A stretch of DNA of 64,000 nucleotides, from contig OZ251539.1 of assembly GCA_965243135.1 (NCBI GenBank), positions 3,104,001-3,168,000 on the forward strand. The letters are read 5' to 3'. The notes below the pieces were generated by a model, which made no database searches, had not been told where the DNA came from, and saw only the letters and a program-made list of their open reading frames with translations. The translations under genes and the position numbers were made by a program. Of the stretch, positions 1 through 9,602 are shown one piece after another; within the stretch, counting starts at the first letter, position 1, and each line of letters begins with the position of its first letter. This stretch comes from Alphaproteobacteria bacterium. Its GTDB lineage: Bacteria > Pseudomonadota > Alphaproteobacteria > MPNO01 > UBA830.

Positions 1-476
1 CGTTCCGGTTTCGGACGTCGCCGACAGGAACGGCTCCCAACCGCCGAGGCCGCTCCGGCGCTTCGACTCGCCAGCCAACCCGTCCCCGCGACTGTCGCTC
101 GTCAAGCTTCGGAGTCGATAGGGGGTTACGCACCTCCGCCCAGCGTTGTTCGATAACGCGAAGAACAACGCGGTTCCACGAAGGAAAATCGAGAATCGAT
201 TGGTTGTGGAAGATTTCTGCGGAGGCGCTGCAGCTCGCCGACATCGGTGCAGACATGACGCGAATCGAGGCAAAGGCAGCGTTCGCGCTCCGCAATTTTC
301 CCGTCGACCGGTCGGCGGCAGCGCAAATTCCCGCGCCGTCCCGTTGCGGCGCAGGGGGAAGTCCGGGCAGCTTCCCGAGACCGCGCCCCGAAACCCCGAA
401 GCGCGGCCACCGGCAGCCGCGAGAGGGCTGGTCAACGAACCTTGTTGCCGAAGCGGGGCGGCCTCGGCCTCGCCCG

Positions 477-764
477 CTATTCCGCCGCCTCGGCCGGCGG
501 CTCCTTCCGGTGCTCCACGAAAGTCTCGAGCAGGTCGAACTTGCCCTCGACGCGCGCCACGCGCTCGCTCAACTCCCGGAATTGCTCGCTCAACTCCCGG
601 AATCGCTCGTTCATCTGGTCGGTCAACTGCCGATCCCGCTCGTCCATGCGCAGGGCAAGGGCGTCGATCCGGCGGTCGAGCCGACGGCCCTGCTGAAGAA
701 CCAGCCCGATAATCGCAATGCCGACGCCAAGCATGGTGATGATTTCGGGGGAAAACTCTTCCAT
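477..764 (-). CDS. Small membrane-anchored coiled-coil protein, copy 1 (95 aa)
   Basis: GGAGG RBS before ATG; N-terminal hydrophobic helix IITMLGVGIAIIGLVL then heptad-rich RFRELSEQFRELSERVARVEG; duplicated at 1000-1266. Confidence 0.8.
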   Translation of the reverse strand: MEEFSPEIITMLGVGIAIIGLVLQQGRRLDRRIDALALRMDERDRQLTDQMNERFRELSEQFRELSERVARVEGKFDLLETFVEHRKEPPAEAAE

Positions 765-787
765 GAACTGCCTCCGTCGAGAAGTTG

Positions 788-816
788 AACGTATGCCAAA
801 CGTTCGCGCCGCGCAA
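788..816 (-). promoter_or_regulatory. Putative sigma70 promoter of coiled-coil gene copy 1
   Basis: Minus strand TTGCGC-17 nt-TACGTT just upstream of GGAGG/ATG; conserved in copy 2. Confidence 0.45.
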
Positions 817-999
817 CCTTCCTGGCGGCTGTCCGTCCATGTCGGAGGCGGCGTGAAGTCCCGCGCCGTCCCGTTGCGGCGCCGGGGGAAGTCCGGGCAG
901 CTTCCCGAGACCGCGCCCCGAAACCCCGAAGCGCGGCCGCCGCGAGAGGGCTGGTCAACGAACCTTGTTGCCGAAGCGGGGCGGCCTCGGCCTCGCCCG

Positions 1000-1266
1000 C
1001 TATTCCGCCGCCTCGGCCGGCGGCTCCTTCCGGTGCTCCACGAAAGTCTCGAGCAGGTCGAACTTGCCCTCGACGCGCGCCACGCGCTCGCTCAACTCCC
1101 GGAATTGCTCGTTCATCTGGTCGGTCAGATGCCGGTACTGCTCGTCCATGCGCAGGGCAAGAGCGTCGATCCGGCGGTCGAGCCGACGGCCCTGCTGAAG
1201 AACCAGCCCGATAATCGCAATGCCGACGCCAAGCATGGTAATGATTTCGGGGGAGAACTGTTCCAT
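1000..1266 (-). CDS. Small membrane-anchored coiled-coil protein, copy 2 (88 aa)
   Basis: Paralog of 477-764 starting MEQFSPEIITMLGVG with GGAGG RBS; lacks one 7-aa heptad. Confidence 0.8.
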   Translation of the reverse strand: MEQFSPEIITMLGVGIAIIGLVLQQGRRLDRRIDALALRMDEQYRHLTDQMNEQFRELSERVARVEGKFDLLETFVEHRKEPPAEAAE

Positions 1267-1289
1267 GAACTGCCTCCGTCGAGAAACTG

Positions 1290-1318
1290 AACGTACGCCA
1301 AACGTTCGCGCCGCGCAA
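1290..1318 (-). promoter_or_regulatory. Putative sigma70 promoter of coiled-coil gene copy 2
   Basis: Minus strand TTGCGC-17 nt-TACGTT. Confidence 0.45.
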
Positions 1319-1594
1319 CCTTCCTGGCGGCTGTCCGTCCATGTCGGAGGCGGCGCGAAGTCCCGCGCCGGCCCGTTGCGGCGCCGGGGGAAGTCCGGGC
1401 AGCTTCCCGAGACCGCGCCCCGAAACCCCGAAGCGCGGCCGCCGGCAGCCGCGAGAGGGCTGGTCAACGAACCTTGTTGCCGAAGCGGGACGGCCTCGCG
1501 ACGCCTCGACCGCTGGTCAACCCACACCGATACTTCCCTCACGACAAAGGTTGCCGGCCGTCCGCGCTTCAGGATTGAAGATGGGCGAGCTCTC

Positions 1595-3298
1595 TTACGC
1601 GAAATCCGATCTCCATATCAGTATCGCTCGCTCGGCCAGCCTCGTCTGGCGTTCGCGAACGAGTTCCGGACTCCACCGCTCGGGCGCCATAACCGGGATC
1701 TGCCGCGCAAGCGCGTAACCGCTGTCGCCGTACGCATTGCGCTTTTCGGAGTATGATCCGTTGCCGATTTCGCGATTGGCGGGCGACTCGAGAAGCGTCA
1801 GATTGCCGAGACGATATATTCCGCTCTCCCAATGTTCGCTCGGATAAGTCTCGCGCCAAACGTCCGCGGGATTTTCGGGGAGAACGTGCTCGATCGTGCC
1901 GGGATCGGTGCTCGGATCGCAGGCGCCGCCGCGGGCGTTCTCCTCGAGTTTCGCGAGAACGTATTTCGCCAGCTTCCTGCGACGCTTCGTGTCGATTTCG
2001 AGCAAGGCGAAATCTTGCGCCATCTTGTCGTCGGGAACGTAAATCGGCCTGACGATATGGAATACCTCCGCCGGCGTGGAAATCCGCCCGTCCAGGATCG
2101 CCTTTGCGGCGCGATGATAAACCGTTTCAAGCGCGTTCGCGTTGAGGCAGCTCACGATCATGTAGCGAAACGAAATCGCCGATATCAGCTTGAGAACCCG
2201 GACGAACTCATTCTCCGGAAACTTTTCTCGCGCCGCGAACAGCAGCGGAATCTGCTGTCGCGCTCCAAAAAGATCGAGATCGCGGACGTAGGATCCGGCG
2301 TCTGGGTGCAGATCCAACCAATAGTGGTGATTCGGGTCGTGGACCGCGGCGAACAGCTCGCCCCTCGCCTCCAGCGCATCCAGAAGAGCGAACGCGTCGT
2401 CCGCCGTCCTCGTTCTCTCGCGCACAAGCCTGAAAAGCCGCTGCTTGCGGATTTTCGCTTCCGAACACAGAAGATGATATCGTAAAAAATCCGGAAATCG
2501 CGTCGCTTCGACCGTGCCTACGAGCCCCCGCCACCGGCGATGAAGGTATTCCAGATCGGGGCCGGACCTCACCAAGGAGAAAAGATAATTCTTGAGCAAA
2601 TCCGTGGTCGTCAATCCGATCCCGCGCGCATTCAGCGTTTCAAAAACTACGTAAGCGTTCAGCTCGTCATCGACCGTGATCAGGATGAAGAACAACTGGC
2701 GGGCTACCGCCTCGGATAGCAATCTTGCAGTCGCAGCGCCGTCGTTCCGCAATTCGTCCGCCTCTTCGATTTTGCGACAAAAGTACTCGTAGCATTTCAG
2801 GAGAAGCCGATTCGACTTCGAAAGCCCCCGTAAGCTCCTTGGCGGCCGCTGCTGAATCAGGTTGTCCTGAAAGAAATCGTTGTCCGCATGATTCAGGTGG
2901 AGACGGCTGCTCTCGACCAGAGACGCAGGATCCTTGTCCCCGACGAAGCGACCGCGAAGTTCCCGAGCGCGCTCGGCATTCTCGTCGGGATCGATATCGC
3001 CGTCCGCCAGAACCGACAGCCTGCGTATCACGGCGAGCGCGAGCAGACTCAGGGTGGCGAGGCGTTGCTGTCCGTCGATGATCGAAAATTCGCGATCGTT
3101 TTCGTTCTCGACGACCAAGGCGCCCAAATAATGTTGTTTTTTTCGATCCGAATGCAATTCGCGGACGTCGACCCAAAGATCTTCCCATTGTTCTTCCGAC
3201 CACGAGTAGTCGCGCTGATAGGTCGGGACCCGGTACAGTTTTCCATTGCCGATCAATTCCATGTAGTTGATCGTCCGCGCGTTCAGAAGATTCGCCAT
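1595..3298 (-). CDS. DUF262/DUF1524 protein, GmrSD-like type IV (modification-dependent) restriction nuclease
   Basis: DUF262 motifs YQRDYSW, IIDGQQRL, FETLNARG; C-terminal HNH-type IEHVLPEN...LGNLTLL...N. Confidence 0.88.
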   Translation of the reverse strand: MANLLNARTINYMELIGNGKLYRVPTYQRDYSWSEEQWEDLWVDVRELHSDRKKQHYLGALVVENENDREFSIIDGQQRLATLSLLALAVIRRLSVLADGDIDPDENAERARELRGRFVGDKDPASLVESSRLHLNHADNDFFQDNLIQQRPPRSLRGLSKSNRLLLKCYEYFCRKIEEADELRNDGAATARLLSEAVARQLFFILITVDDELNAYVVFETLNARGIGLTTTDLLKNYLFSLVRSGPDLEYLHRRWRGLVGTVEATRFPDFLRYHLLCSEAKIRKQRLFRLVRERTRTADDAFALLDALEARGELFAAVHDPNHHYWLDLHPDAGSYVRDLDLFGARQQIPLLFAAREKFPENEFVRVLKLISAISFRYMIVSCLNANALETVYHRAAKAILDGRISTPAEVFHIVRPIYVPDDKMAQDFALLEIDTKRRRKLAKYVLAKLEENARGGACDPSTDPGTIEHVLPENPADVWRETYPSEHWESGIYRLGNLTLLESPANREIGNGSYSEKRNAYGDSGYALARQIPVMAPERWSPELVRERQTRLAERAILIWRSDFA

Positions 3299-3804
3299 CG
3301 CCCGGCCCCGGCCATCGTATGGAACTCAGCGTATCAAACGCTGCGGGGCAGGTCAGCCGCGTCTCCTTGCGGAAAAGAGCGATGCCCGCGCAGGGCGGCC
3401 CGACAGCTTGCCGCGCACAGACGCCTCGCCATCGGCATTCGCCCCGCTCCGCTGGCGGAGCGCCATGCGGCGTCGACCTCCGGCGCGCCGGCGATTCCGA
3501 GAGCCGGCTGACGAACCGGCCCCGGTCAGCGCGACATCGCGCCGCCGCGCACCTTCTTGCTTCCGCGCTCCGAGGGACATGACCCCCGGCAACGACCCGC
3601 CTCGCGGCGTTGCGCGCGGTTCGCCGCGACCCGCTTCGCGGACCGGCCGACGCGTTCCTCGGAAGCGCGAAGCGGCTTCCGTCGCAGGCCGGCGCCGCGG
3701 CCGGGAGGCCGCGGCGCATCGCTCGAAAACCCTTGAAGCCCGCGGCTTTCGCGCCGCCGCCGAAACGGTATAGTATCTCCTGGAATATTCACCGGGAGGA
3801 AACC

Positions 3805-4875
3805 ATGTCCCATTTCCGCAAGTTCATCGCAAGCTTGGTCTCGGCGTTCGCGCTCGGCGCGTTGGCGCTGCCCGCGCAGGCCGGCTTCTACGACGGCAAG
3901 GACGTGAACGTTATCGTCAACGCCGGCGCCGGGGGCGGCCTTACGCGGACCGCTCGCCTGTTCATGGCCACGATGAAGAAACATCTCGGCGCCAACTTCG
4001 TCATCAAGAACATTCCCGGCGGCGGCGGCGTCAAGGGACTGAATTTCCTCGCCGAGAAAGCCAAGCCGGACGGGCTTACCGTGCTATGGGGCCCTGCGAA
4101 TCAGGCGGCCAAACTGCTGGACCTTCCCGGCACCCGCTACGATCCCAAAAAACTTGTCATCATCGGAGCCGGCGCGAATGGTTACGTAACGATCGTGAGC
4201 GCCAAGGCCGGCGTCAAGAACCCGGCCGACCTCCTCAAGGTCAAGCGGCTGATCGTCGGCGGCCGCAGCACCACCGACGGCCTCGGCATGTTTGCCCGGA
4301 TGCCCCTCGACGTCCTTGGCGTCGGATATCGCTACGTCCCTGGCTATAATTCGCAGCCGAAGATGAACGCCGCCATTCGCGCCCGGGAAATCCAGGCGCT
4401 GACCACCGGCCATCCGGGCTACATCGCCTTCTACAAGGACACGATCCTCAAGTCGGGCGAGGCGGTGGCGGTCTATTATCATTCGCCGATGGGTCCGACG
4501 GGCGAACCCCAGCGCCTTCCCTATTACCCGGCGGATTTGATGCACTTCGTCGACTTTTACCGCAGCGTCCACGGCGGCAAGGATCCTTCGGGGCCTATGT
4601 GGGAAGCGTACAAATGGTTTTCGACCTACCAGACGCGCCCGTTCGGACTTTACGCTCCTGACAAAACCCCTGCGGACAGGACCGCCGAACTGCGCGCGGC
4701 CTTCGCGGAGACGATCGCCGACAAGGGCTTCGTGGCCGAATACGAAAAGAAACTCAAGTCGCCGCCCAATTTCGTCGTGGGCAAGGAAGCGGAATATCTC
4801 CTGACCAACTACGATGTCATTTCTCCGCAGGCGCGGGAAGGCCTGAAGAAGTTGACGGCGCGCAAGCGGAACTGA
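3805..4875 (+). CDS. tctC: Tripartite tricarboxylate transporter substrate-binding protein (Bug/TctC family)
   Basis: GGAGGA RBS, signal peptide ending AQA, FYDGKDVNVIV..AGGG, NIPGGGG..G, KPDGLT motifs. Confidence 0.85.
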   Translation: MSHFRKFIASLVSAFALGALALPAQAGFYDGKDVNVIVNAGAGGGLTRTARLFMATMKKHLGANFVIKNIPGGGGVKGLNFLAEKAKPDGLTVLWGPANQAAKLLDLPGTRYDPKKLVIIGAGANGYVTIVSAKAGVKNPADLLKVKRLIVGGRSTTDGLGMFARMPLDVLGVGYRYVPGYNSQPKMNAAIRAREIQALTTGHPGYIAFYKDTILKSGEAVAVYYHSPMGPTGEPQRLPYYPADLMHFVDFYRSVHGGKDPSGPMWEAYKWFSTYQTRPFGLYAPDKTPADRTAELRAAFAETIADKGFVAEYEKKLKSPPNFVVGKEAEYLLTNYDVISPQAREGLKKLTARKRN

Positions 4876-4896
4876 CGCCCGCCGCCTGCCGCGGGC

Positions 4897-6900
4897 ATGC
4901 TCGACTCGCTTGTCGCGGGACTGCTGCTGGTTTTCGATTGGCCCGCGATCGGTTACCTGCTGCTCGGCGTTTCGATAGGGATCTGGTTCGGCGCGGTGCC
5001 GGGCCTGGGCGGCGTGATCGGGTTGATCCTGCTGTTGCCGTTCACCTACGAGATGGAGCCGGTTCATGCCTTCGCGCTGCTGCTCGGCATGTTCGCGGTC
5101 ACCTCGACGAGCGACACGATCGCGTCGGTGATGCTGGGCATCCCCGGCACCGCCGCATCCCAGGCGACCATCCTGGACGGACATCCGCTGGCTCGTCAGG
5201 GGCAGGCCTCGCGCGCGTTCGGCGCCGCTTTCACGGTCTCCGCGTTCGGCGGGGTGTTCGGCGCGGCGATTCTGGCGATCTCGCTGCCGGTCATCCTCCC
5301 CGTCATCTTCGCGTTCGGCTCGCCGGAACTCTTCACGCTGGGCCTGCTCGGGCTGACGATGGTGGGCGTGCTCAGCGGCGGCTCGATGCTCAAGGGCCTG
5401 ACGGTCGCTTTGCTCGGCATCCTGCTCTCGACGGTCGGCTACGCCGATTCCGACCCCATACCGAGGTATTATTTCGGCACGGACTACCTGATCGACCGCC
5501 TCCCCCTGATTCCGGTGGTCCTCGGCTTGTTCGCCATTCCCGAACTGGCGGAACTCGCGATTCGCAACGTCTCGATCTCGCGCGCGCCGCGGGCGGACGC
5601 GGGGAGCCTGGCGACTGGCGTTCGAGACGCGTTCAGGCACTGGTGGCTGGCGACTCGCTGCGCCGCGATCGGGACCTATATCGGCATGCTTCCCGGCCTC
5701 GGCGCGGCGATCGTCGACTGGATCGCATACGGCCACGCGGTGCAAAGCGCGCGCGACAAGAGCCGCTTCGGACACGGCGACATCCGCGGCGTGATCGCGC
5801 CGGAAGCCGCGAACAACGCGACGCGCGGCGGCTCGCTCATTCCGACCGTCGTGTTCGGGATTCCCGGAAGTCTGGGAACCGCCATCCTGCTGAGCGTACT
5901 GCTGATCGTCGGACTCAAGCCCGGCCCGGACATGCTGACAACGGAACTGCACGTCACGTTCAGCATGGTCTGGACGCTGGTTATCGCCAACGTCGCGGCG
6001 GCGGCCCTGCTCATGATGTGGAGCCGACATGTCGCGAAAGTGGCTTTCCTCCCGGGTCACTTGGTCGTTCCCGGCGTGATCCTGTTCGTCTTCATGGGCG
6101 CATGGCTCGCCGGCGTCTCGCCGGGCGACTGGATCAGCTGCCTGATCATGGGCGCCGTCGGCCTCGCGATGAAGCGCGGCGGCTGGCCGCGTCCGCCGCT
6201 CATCCTGGCGTTGGTCCTTGGCGGAATCATGGAAACGCGCTTTCAGATCAGCATGGTCGCCCATGACGGACTCGGATGGTTGCAGCGCCCGATCGTCCTC
6301 GTCGTGCTGGCGCTTGTCGCGCTTTCGCTTCTGTACGCCGTGCGGCAGTCGGCCGTCCGACCGCAAGGAACGCCTGAAGGGGGAGACGAGCGCAGTCCGT
6401 TGCTGTCCTTGCCCTTCGCCGTCGTTCTGTTCGCGGTCTTCGCCTGGGCCGCGCTGGAAGCGCTGAAGTGGCCGGAAGACGTGCGGCGGTTTCCGCTGAC
6501 GGCCGCGATTCCGGGCGCGGCGATGGCCTTGTGGATAATCCTGCTCGACGGACGCGCCGTCCGGAGGGCCGTCTCCGCCGCCGGTTCTCTCGCCGCCGCT
6601 TTCCGCGAGGCGGCCGAGCAGGCCTTCCTTGCGCGCGCCCTCGGCTTTCTCGGTTACCTCCTGGCGATGCTGATCGTCATGCCGGTCATCGGCCAGAAAC
6701 TCGTCTTGCCCCTGTTCATATTCGTCTACCTGATCCGTTGGGGACGCTACGACTGGCGCGCCGCGGCGGGCTACGCCTTCGCCGGCTGGCTGGCGCTGGT
6801 CGGATTCTACGACCGGATCATCCAGCTTCAGTGGTATCCGTCATGGCTGTACTATCAGTTGCCCGACGCGTCGTGGCTGCCTCGCTGGCTGATCGTCTGA
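4897..6900 (+). CDS. tctA: Tripartite tricarboxylate transporter permease TctA with fused C-terminal TctB-like domain
   Basis: GAVPGLGG, GIPGTAAS.ATILDG, GVIAPEAANNA, GIPGS motifs; extra ~170 aa multi-TM tail. Confidence 0.88.
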   Translation: MLDSLVAGLLLVFDWPAIGYLLLGVSIGIWFGAVPGLGGVIGLILLLPFTYEMEPVHAFALLLGMFAVTSTSDTIASVMLGIPGTAASQATILDGHPLARQGQASRAFGAAFTVSAFGGVFGAAILAISLPVILPVIFAFGSPELFTLGLLGLTMVGVLSGGSMLKGLTVALLGILLSTVGYADSDPIPRYYFGTDYLIDRLPLIPVVLGLFAIPELAELAIRNVSISRAPRADAGSLATGVRDAFRHWWLATRCAAIGTYIGMLPGLGAAIVDWIAYGHAVQSARDKSRFGHGDIRGVIAPEAANNATRGGSLIPTVVFGIPGSLGTAILLSVLLIVGLKPGPDMLTTELHVTFSMVWTLVIANVAAAALLMMWSRHVAKVAFLPGHLVVPGVILFVFMGAWLAGVSPGDWISCLIMGAVGLAMKRGGWPRPPLILALVLGGIMETRFQISMVAHDGLGWLQRPIVLVVLALVALSLLYAVRQSAVRPQGTPEGGDERSPLLSLPFAVVLFAVFAWAALEALKWPEDVRRFPLTAAIPGAAMALWIILLDGRAVRRAVSAAGSLAAAFREAAEQAFLARALGFLGYLLAMLIVMPVIGQKLVLPLFIFVYLIRWGRYDWRAAAGYAFAGWLALVGFYDRIIQLQWYPSWLYYQLPDASWLPRWLIV

Positions 6901-7015
6901 AGCAGCGCGCTCCCTGCCGACGGACGCTTGCTTTCCTCATGCCGCTTGCCCGGCTCGTTTCGCGACATGCCGCGTCTGCGGCGAGCGTCGAAGTCCGCCG
7001 CGCCTCCGAAAGGGC

Positions 7016-7044
7016 TTGACCGGCGCGGTCGCGCGCGCCATTTC
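7016..7044 (+). promoter_or_regulatory. Putative rnpB promoter
   Basis: TTGACC-17 nt-CATTTC, 6 nt before the P1 helix; -10 is weak. Confidence 0.35.
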
Positions 7045-7050
7045 CCGATC

Positions 7051-7448
7051 GTCAGACGGTCGGATGGCCGCTCTCCGCATACGGGAAACCTGCCGGAGAG
7101 AGGAAAGTCCGGGCTCCACGGGAACACGATGCCGGGTAACGCCCGGCGGGGGCGACCCCAGGGAAAGTGCCACAGAAAGCAAACCGCCGGCTCCGGTTTC
7201 CCTGAAAGCGCAGCGGGCAAGGGTGAAAGGGTGCGGTAAGGGCGCACCGCGCCGCCGGTGACGGCGGCGGCACGGCAAACCCCATCGGGAGCAAGACCGA
7301 GTAGAGGCGGCGAGCGGGCCCAGGTCCGCAGGCGGGTTCCCGCGCCGCCGCCCGGGTAGGTCGCGCGAGGCGTTCGGCGACGGGCGTCCCAGATGAATGG
7401 CCATCGTCCGCTCGGCGGGCACAGAACCCGGCTTACAGACCGTCTGAC
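7051..7448 (+). ncRNA. rnpB: RNase P RNA (class A)
   Basis: GAGGAAAGTCCGGGCTCC, GGAAAGTGCCACAGAAA, GGGTGCGGTAAG, ACAGAACCCGGCTTA; P1 helix GTCAGACGGTC/GACCGTCTGAC. Confidence 0.97.
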
Positions 7449-7667
7449 GATTTTCCTTCGCCGCCGCGTTCGGCAACGGGCAAGATCCGCGGGACCGCCA
7501 GCGCGCCGGTCGCCGCTATCGACCGCGCGCGGCGACGGTTCGCGGAGAGAATCCCCAACGGCCGTCGATCTCCCGCCCGTCGCCGGGACGCCAGCCTTCG
7601 GCCGCGCTTTCGGCCGGCGCTTTTCCGCGCCCGTCGGACATCGAAGGCGAAATCGCGGCGCCCGCCC

Positions 7668-8627
7668 TCACAGACCGAGCAGACGCTCGGCGTTCCCCGC
7701 CAGCACCTTTCTCTTGTCGTCGGGACTGAGCGAGATCCCTTCCATCCAACCCGCACCGGCAAGGTTGGAAGCGAACGGATAATCGACCGAAAACATGATG
7801 CGATCGATTCCCAGTTCCATCATCGAGCAAATCATCGCCGGATCCGAGAAATTGCCGCTGGTGGTGACGTGAACGTGTCTGCAAAAGACCTCCCGGAACC
7901 GGCAGTCGCCGTCGCGGCTGAGAGCGTCGTCGATGCGCCACAGAAGGAACGGCAGGCCCTCGCCGAGATGGCCGATTATGACCTGCAGGTCGGGATAGGC
8001 GTCGAACGCTCCGCTGAGCACCATGCGGATGCCCTGGGTGGCGGTTTCCACGGTGAAGCCCCAGCCGGCCGTCAGCAGGGAAGGAAACTTCGGCAGATAG
8101 TCGGCGTAATAGGCCTTCGCCACGTCCGCATGCGGCGCCGCGGGATGGAGGTAGATCGGCACGCGCAGCGCCTGCGCGCGCTCGAAGATCGGCCAGAACT
8201 CCCGATGATCGATGAAGCGGCCGTTGGTCAGGCCGTGGACCATGCCTCCCTTGAAGCCGTATTCCTCGACGGTCCGCGCCAGTTCGTCGGCCGCGCCGGC
8301 GGGGTCCGGCGTCGGAAGCGTCGCGAAGCCCGCGAAGCGCTCGGGATGGCGGAGGACCGTTTCTTGCAGGCGGTCGTTCGCGGACCGCGCAAGCGCGACG
8401 GCGGTTTCCGGATCGAAACGCTGCACGCCGGGAGCGCCCTGCGACAGAACCTGGACGTCGATCCCGGCGGCGTCCATCTCGCCGATGCGCAATTCGTCCA
8501 CGTCGTCGAGACGGTCGCGGATCTTCGTGCCGGCAAATCCCGCCTTCGCGTCGTATCGCTCCGCGATGCCGGGATCGAAGTAATGCTCCTCGAGCGCGAT
8601 TATCCGGTAACCTTCGCCGTTCGCCAT
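7668..8627 (-). CDS. Amidohydrolase_2 family protein (ACMSD / 2,3-dihydroxybenzoate decarboxylase-like)
   Basis: IALEEHY, MDAAGIDVQVLS, IYLHP, GHLGEGLPF, FSVDYPF motifs; start MANGEG after GGAG RBS. Confidence 0.87.
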   Translation of the reverse strand: MANGEGYRIIALEEHYFDPGIAERYDAKAGFAGTKIRDRLDDVDELRIGEMDAAGIDVQVLSQGAPGVQRFDPETAVALARSANDRLQETVLRHPERFAGFATLPTPDPAGAADELARTVEEYGFKGGMVHGLTNGRFIDHREFWPIFERAQALRVPIYLHPAAPHADVAKAYYADYLPKFPSLLTAGWGFTVETATQGIRMVLSGAFDAYPDLQVIIGHLGEGLPFLLWRIDDALSRDGDCRFREVFCRHVHVTTSGNFSDPAMICSMMELGIDRIMFSVDYPFASNLAGAGWMEGISLSPDDKRKVLAGNAERLLGL

Positions 8628-8756
8628 GTCGCAACTCCCGTTCGTGATTTCGTCATTGTAGCGATCGCCGGGTCCATTGTCCGGCGCGTCGGAGGCGCGC
8701 CATCTTGTCGCCACATTGATCAATGACAACGACGGAAAACGGGAAAGGAAGGGGAA

Positions 8757-9473
8757 GTGGCGATCATCGGCAAGATCATTGGCGGCGCCGCGGGCTTCGC
8801 CGTCGGCGGGCCTCTCGGCGCGCTGATCGGCGCCGTCGCGGGGCATGCGGTGGATCGGCTCCGCGACGGCGGCGGCGAAGACGAGTCCCGGCAGACCGCG
8901 TTCACGGTGGCGGTCATCGTGCTCAGCGCCAAGATGGCGAAAGCGGACGGCCGCGTCACGCCGGACGAAGTGGCGGCGTTCCGGCAAATTCTCGACATAC
9001 CCGAGGAAGAACTGCGAAACGTGGGCCGCGTGTTCGACGTCGCTCGCCGCGACGCGCGCGGCTTCGAGCCCTACGCGGAGCAGGTCGCGAAGATGTTCGC
9101 CGACCGTCCGGCGGTATTGGAAGAGTTGCTCGACGCCCTGTTCCACATCGCCAAGGCCGACCGCGTGATCCACCCGAAGGAAGACGAATACCTGAGGCAG
9201 GTCGCGGGCATATTCGGATTCGGCGACGCCGAGTTCGCCCGCATCCGGGCCTCGCACGTAGGCGCCGACTCGCCCGATCCCTACGCCGTGCTCGGCGTTT
9301 CCCCGGACGCCGGCGACGACGAAATCCGGACCGCGTGGCGGAAACTGATCAAGGAGAACCATCCCGACCGGCTGATCGCCCAGGGAATGCCGCAGGACTT
9401 CGTGGACGTGGCGACCGCGAAGATGGCGGCGATCAACGCCGCCTACGAGGAAGTCCGCCGGCAGCGGTCCTGA
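8757..9473 (+). CDS. djlA: DjlA-like co-chaperone (TerB + J domain)
   Basis: N-terminal GKIIGG.AGF..GGPLGA, AKMAKADGRVT, C-terminal J domain DPYAVLG...HPDRL. Confidence 0.88.
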   Translation: MAIIGKIIGGAAGFAVGGPLGALIGAVAGHAVDRLRDGGGEDESRQTAFTVAVIVLSAKMAKADGRVTPDEVAAFRQILDIPEEELRNVGRVFDVARRDARGFEPYAEQVAKMFADRPAVLEELLDALFHIAKADRVIHPKEDEYLRQVAGIFGFGDAEFARIRASHVGADSPDPYAVLGVSPDAGDDEIRTAWRKLIKENHPDRLIAQGMPQDFVDVATAKMAAINAAYEEVRRQRS

Positions 9474-9602
9474 CCGGCGGGCGCGCTGCCCGCGTCGGCG
9501 GGACCATGCGTCGCGGCCGCTGTTTCGGCGCGGGCGAGGCGCTATGTTGCGCAAGCGAGGGCCTTGCCTGCCTTCGCCGCCGTTCGACCCTCTGGAAACG
9601 CG

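Larger units (their letters stand above)
311..1498. repeat. Tandem direct repeat, about 2.3 units (311-840, 841-1342, partial 1343-1498); each full unit = ~150-bp structured non-coding element + small ORF + promoter
   Basis: Near-identical text (e.g. GGGGGAAGTCCGGGCAGCTTCCCGAGACCGCGCCCCGAAACCCCGAAGCGCGG and GAGAGGGCTGGTCAACGAACCTTGTTGCCGAAGCGGG) appears three times; unit lengths 530 and 502 differ by a 21-nt and a 7-nt indel. Confidence 0.95.

Noticed and set aside
2-256. Minus-strand frame MSAPMSASC... open to the left edge
   Set aside because: No RBS or recognisable motif; cannot be supported as a CDS from this window
354-372. Repeat contains AAGTCCGGGC, resembling the RNase P P4 strand in rnpB
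   Set aside because: No partner ACAGAACCCGGCTTA or other RNase P conserved regions; a short match is plausible by chance
311-1498. CRISPR array or integron cassette array
   Set aside because: Units are ~500 bp with paralogous rather than unique inserts; no convincing attC RYYYAAC/GTTRRRY pair, no cas or integrase gene in window
4084-6366. Long antisense/alternate-frame ORFs here and across dcw, ligA, nrdJ and RND genes
   Set aside because: Stop-poor shadow frames of real GC-rich genes; no motifs
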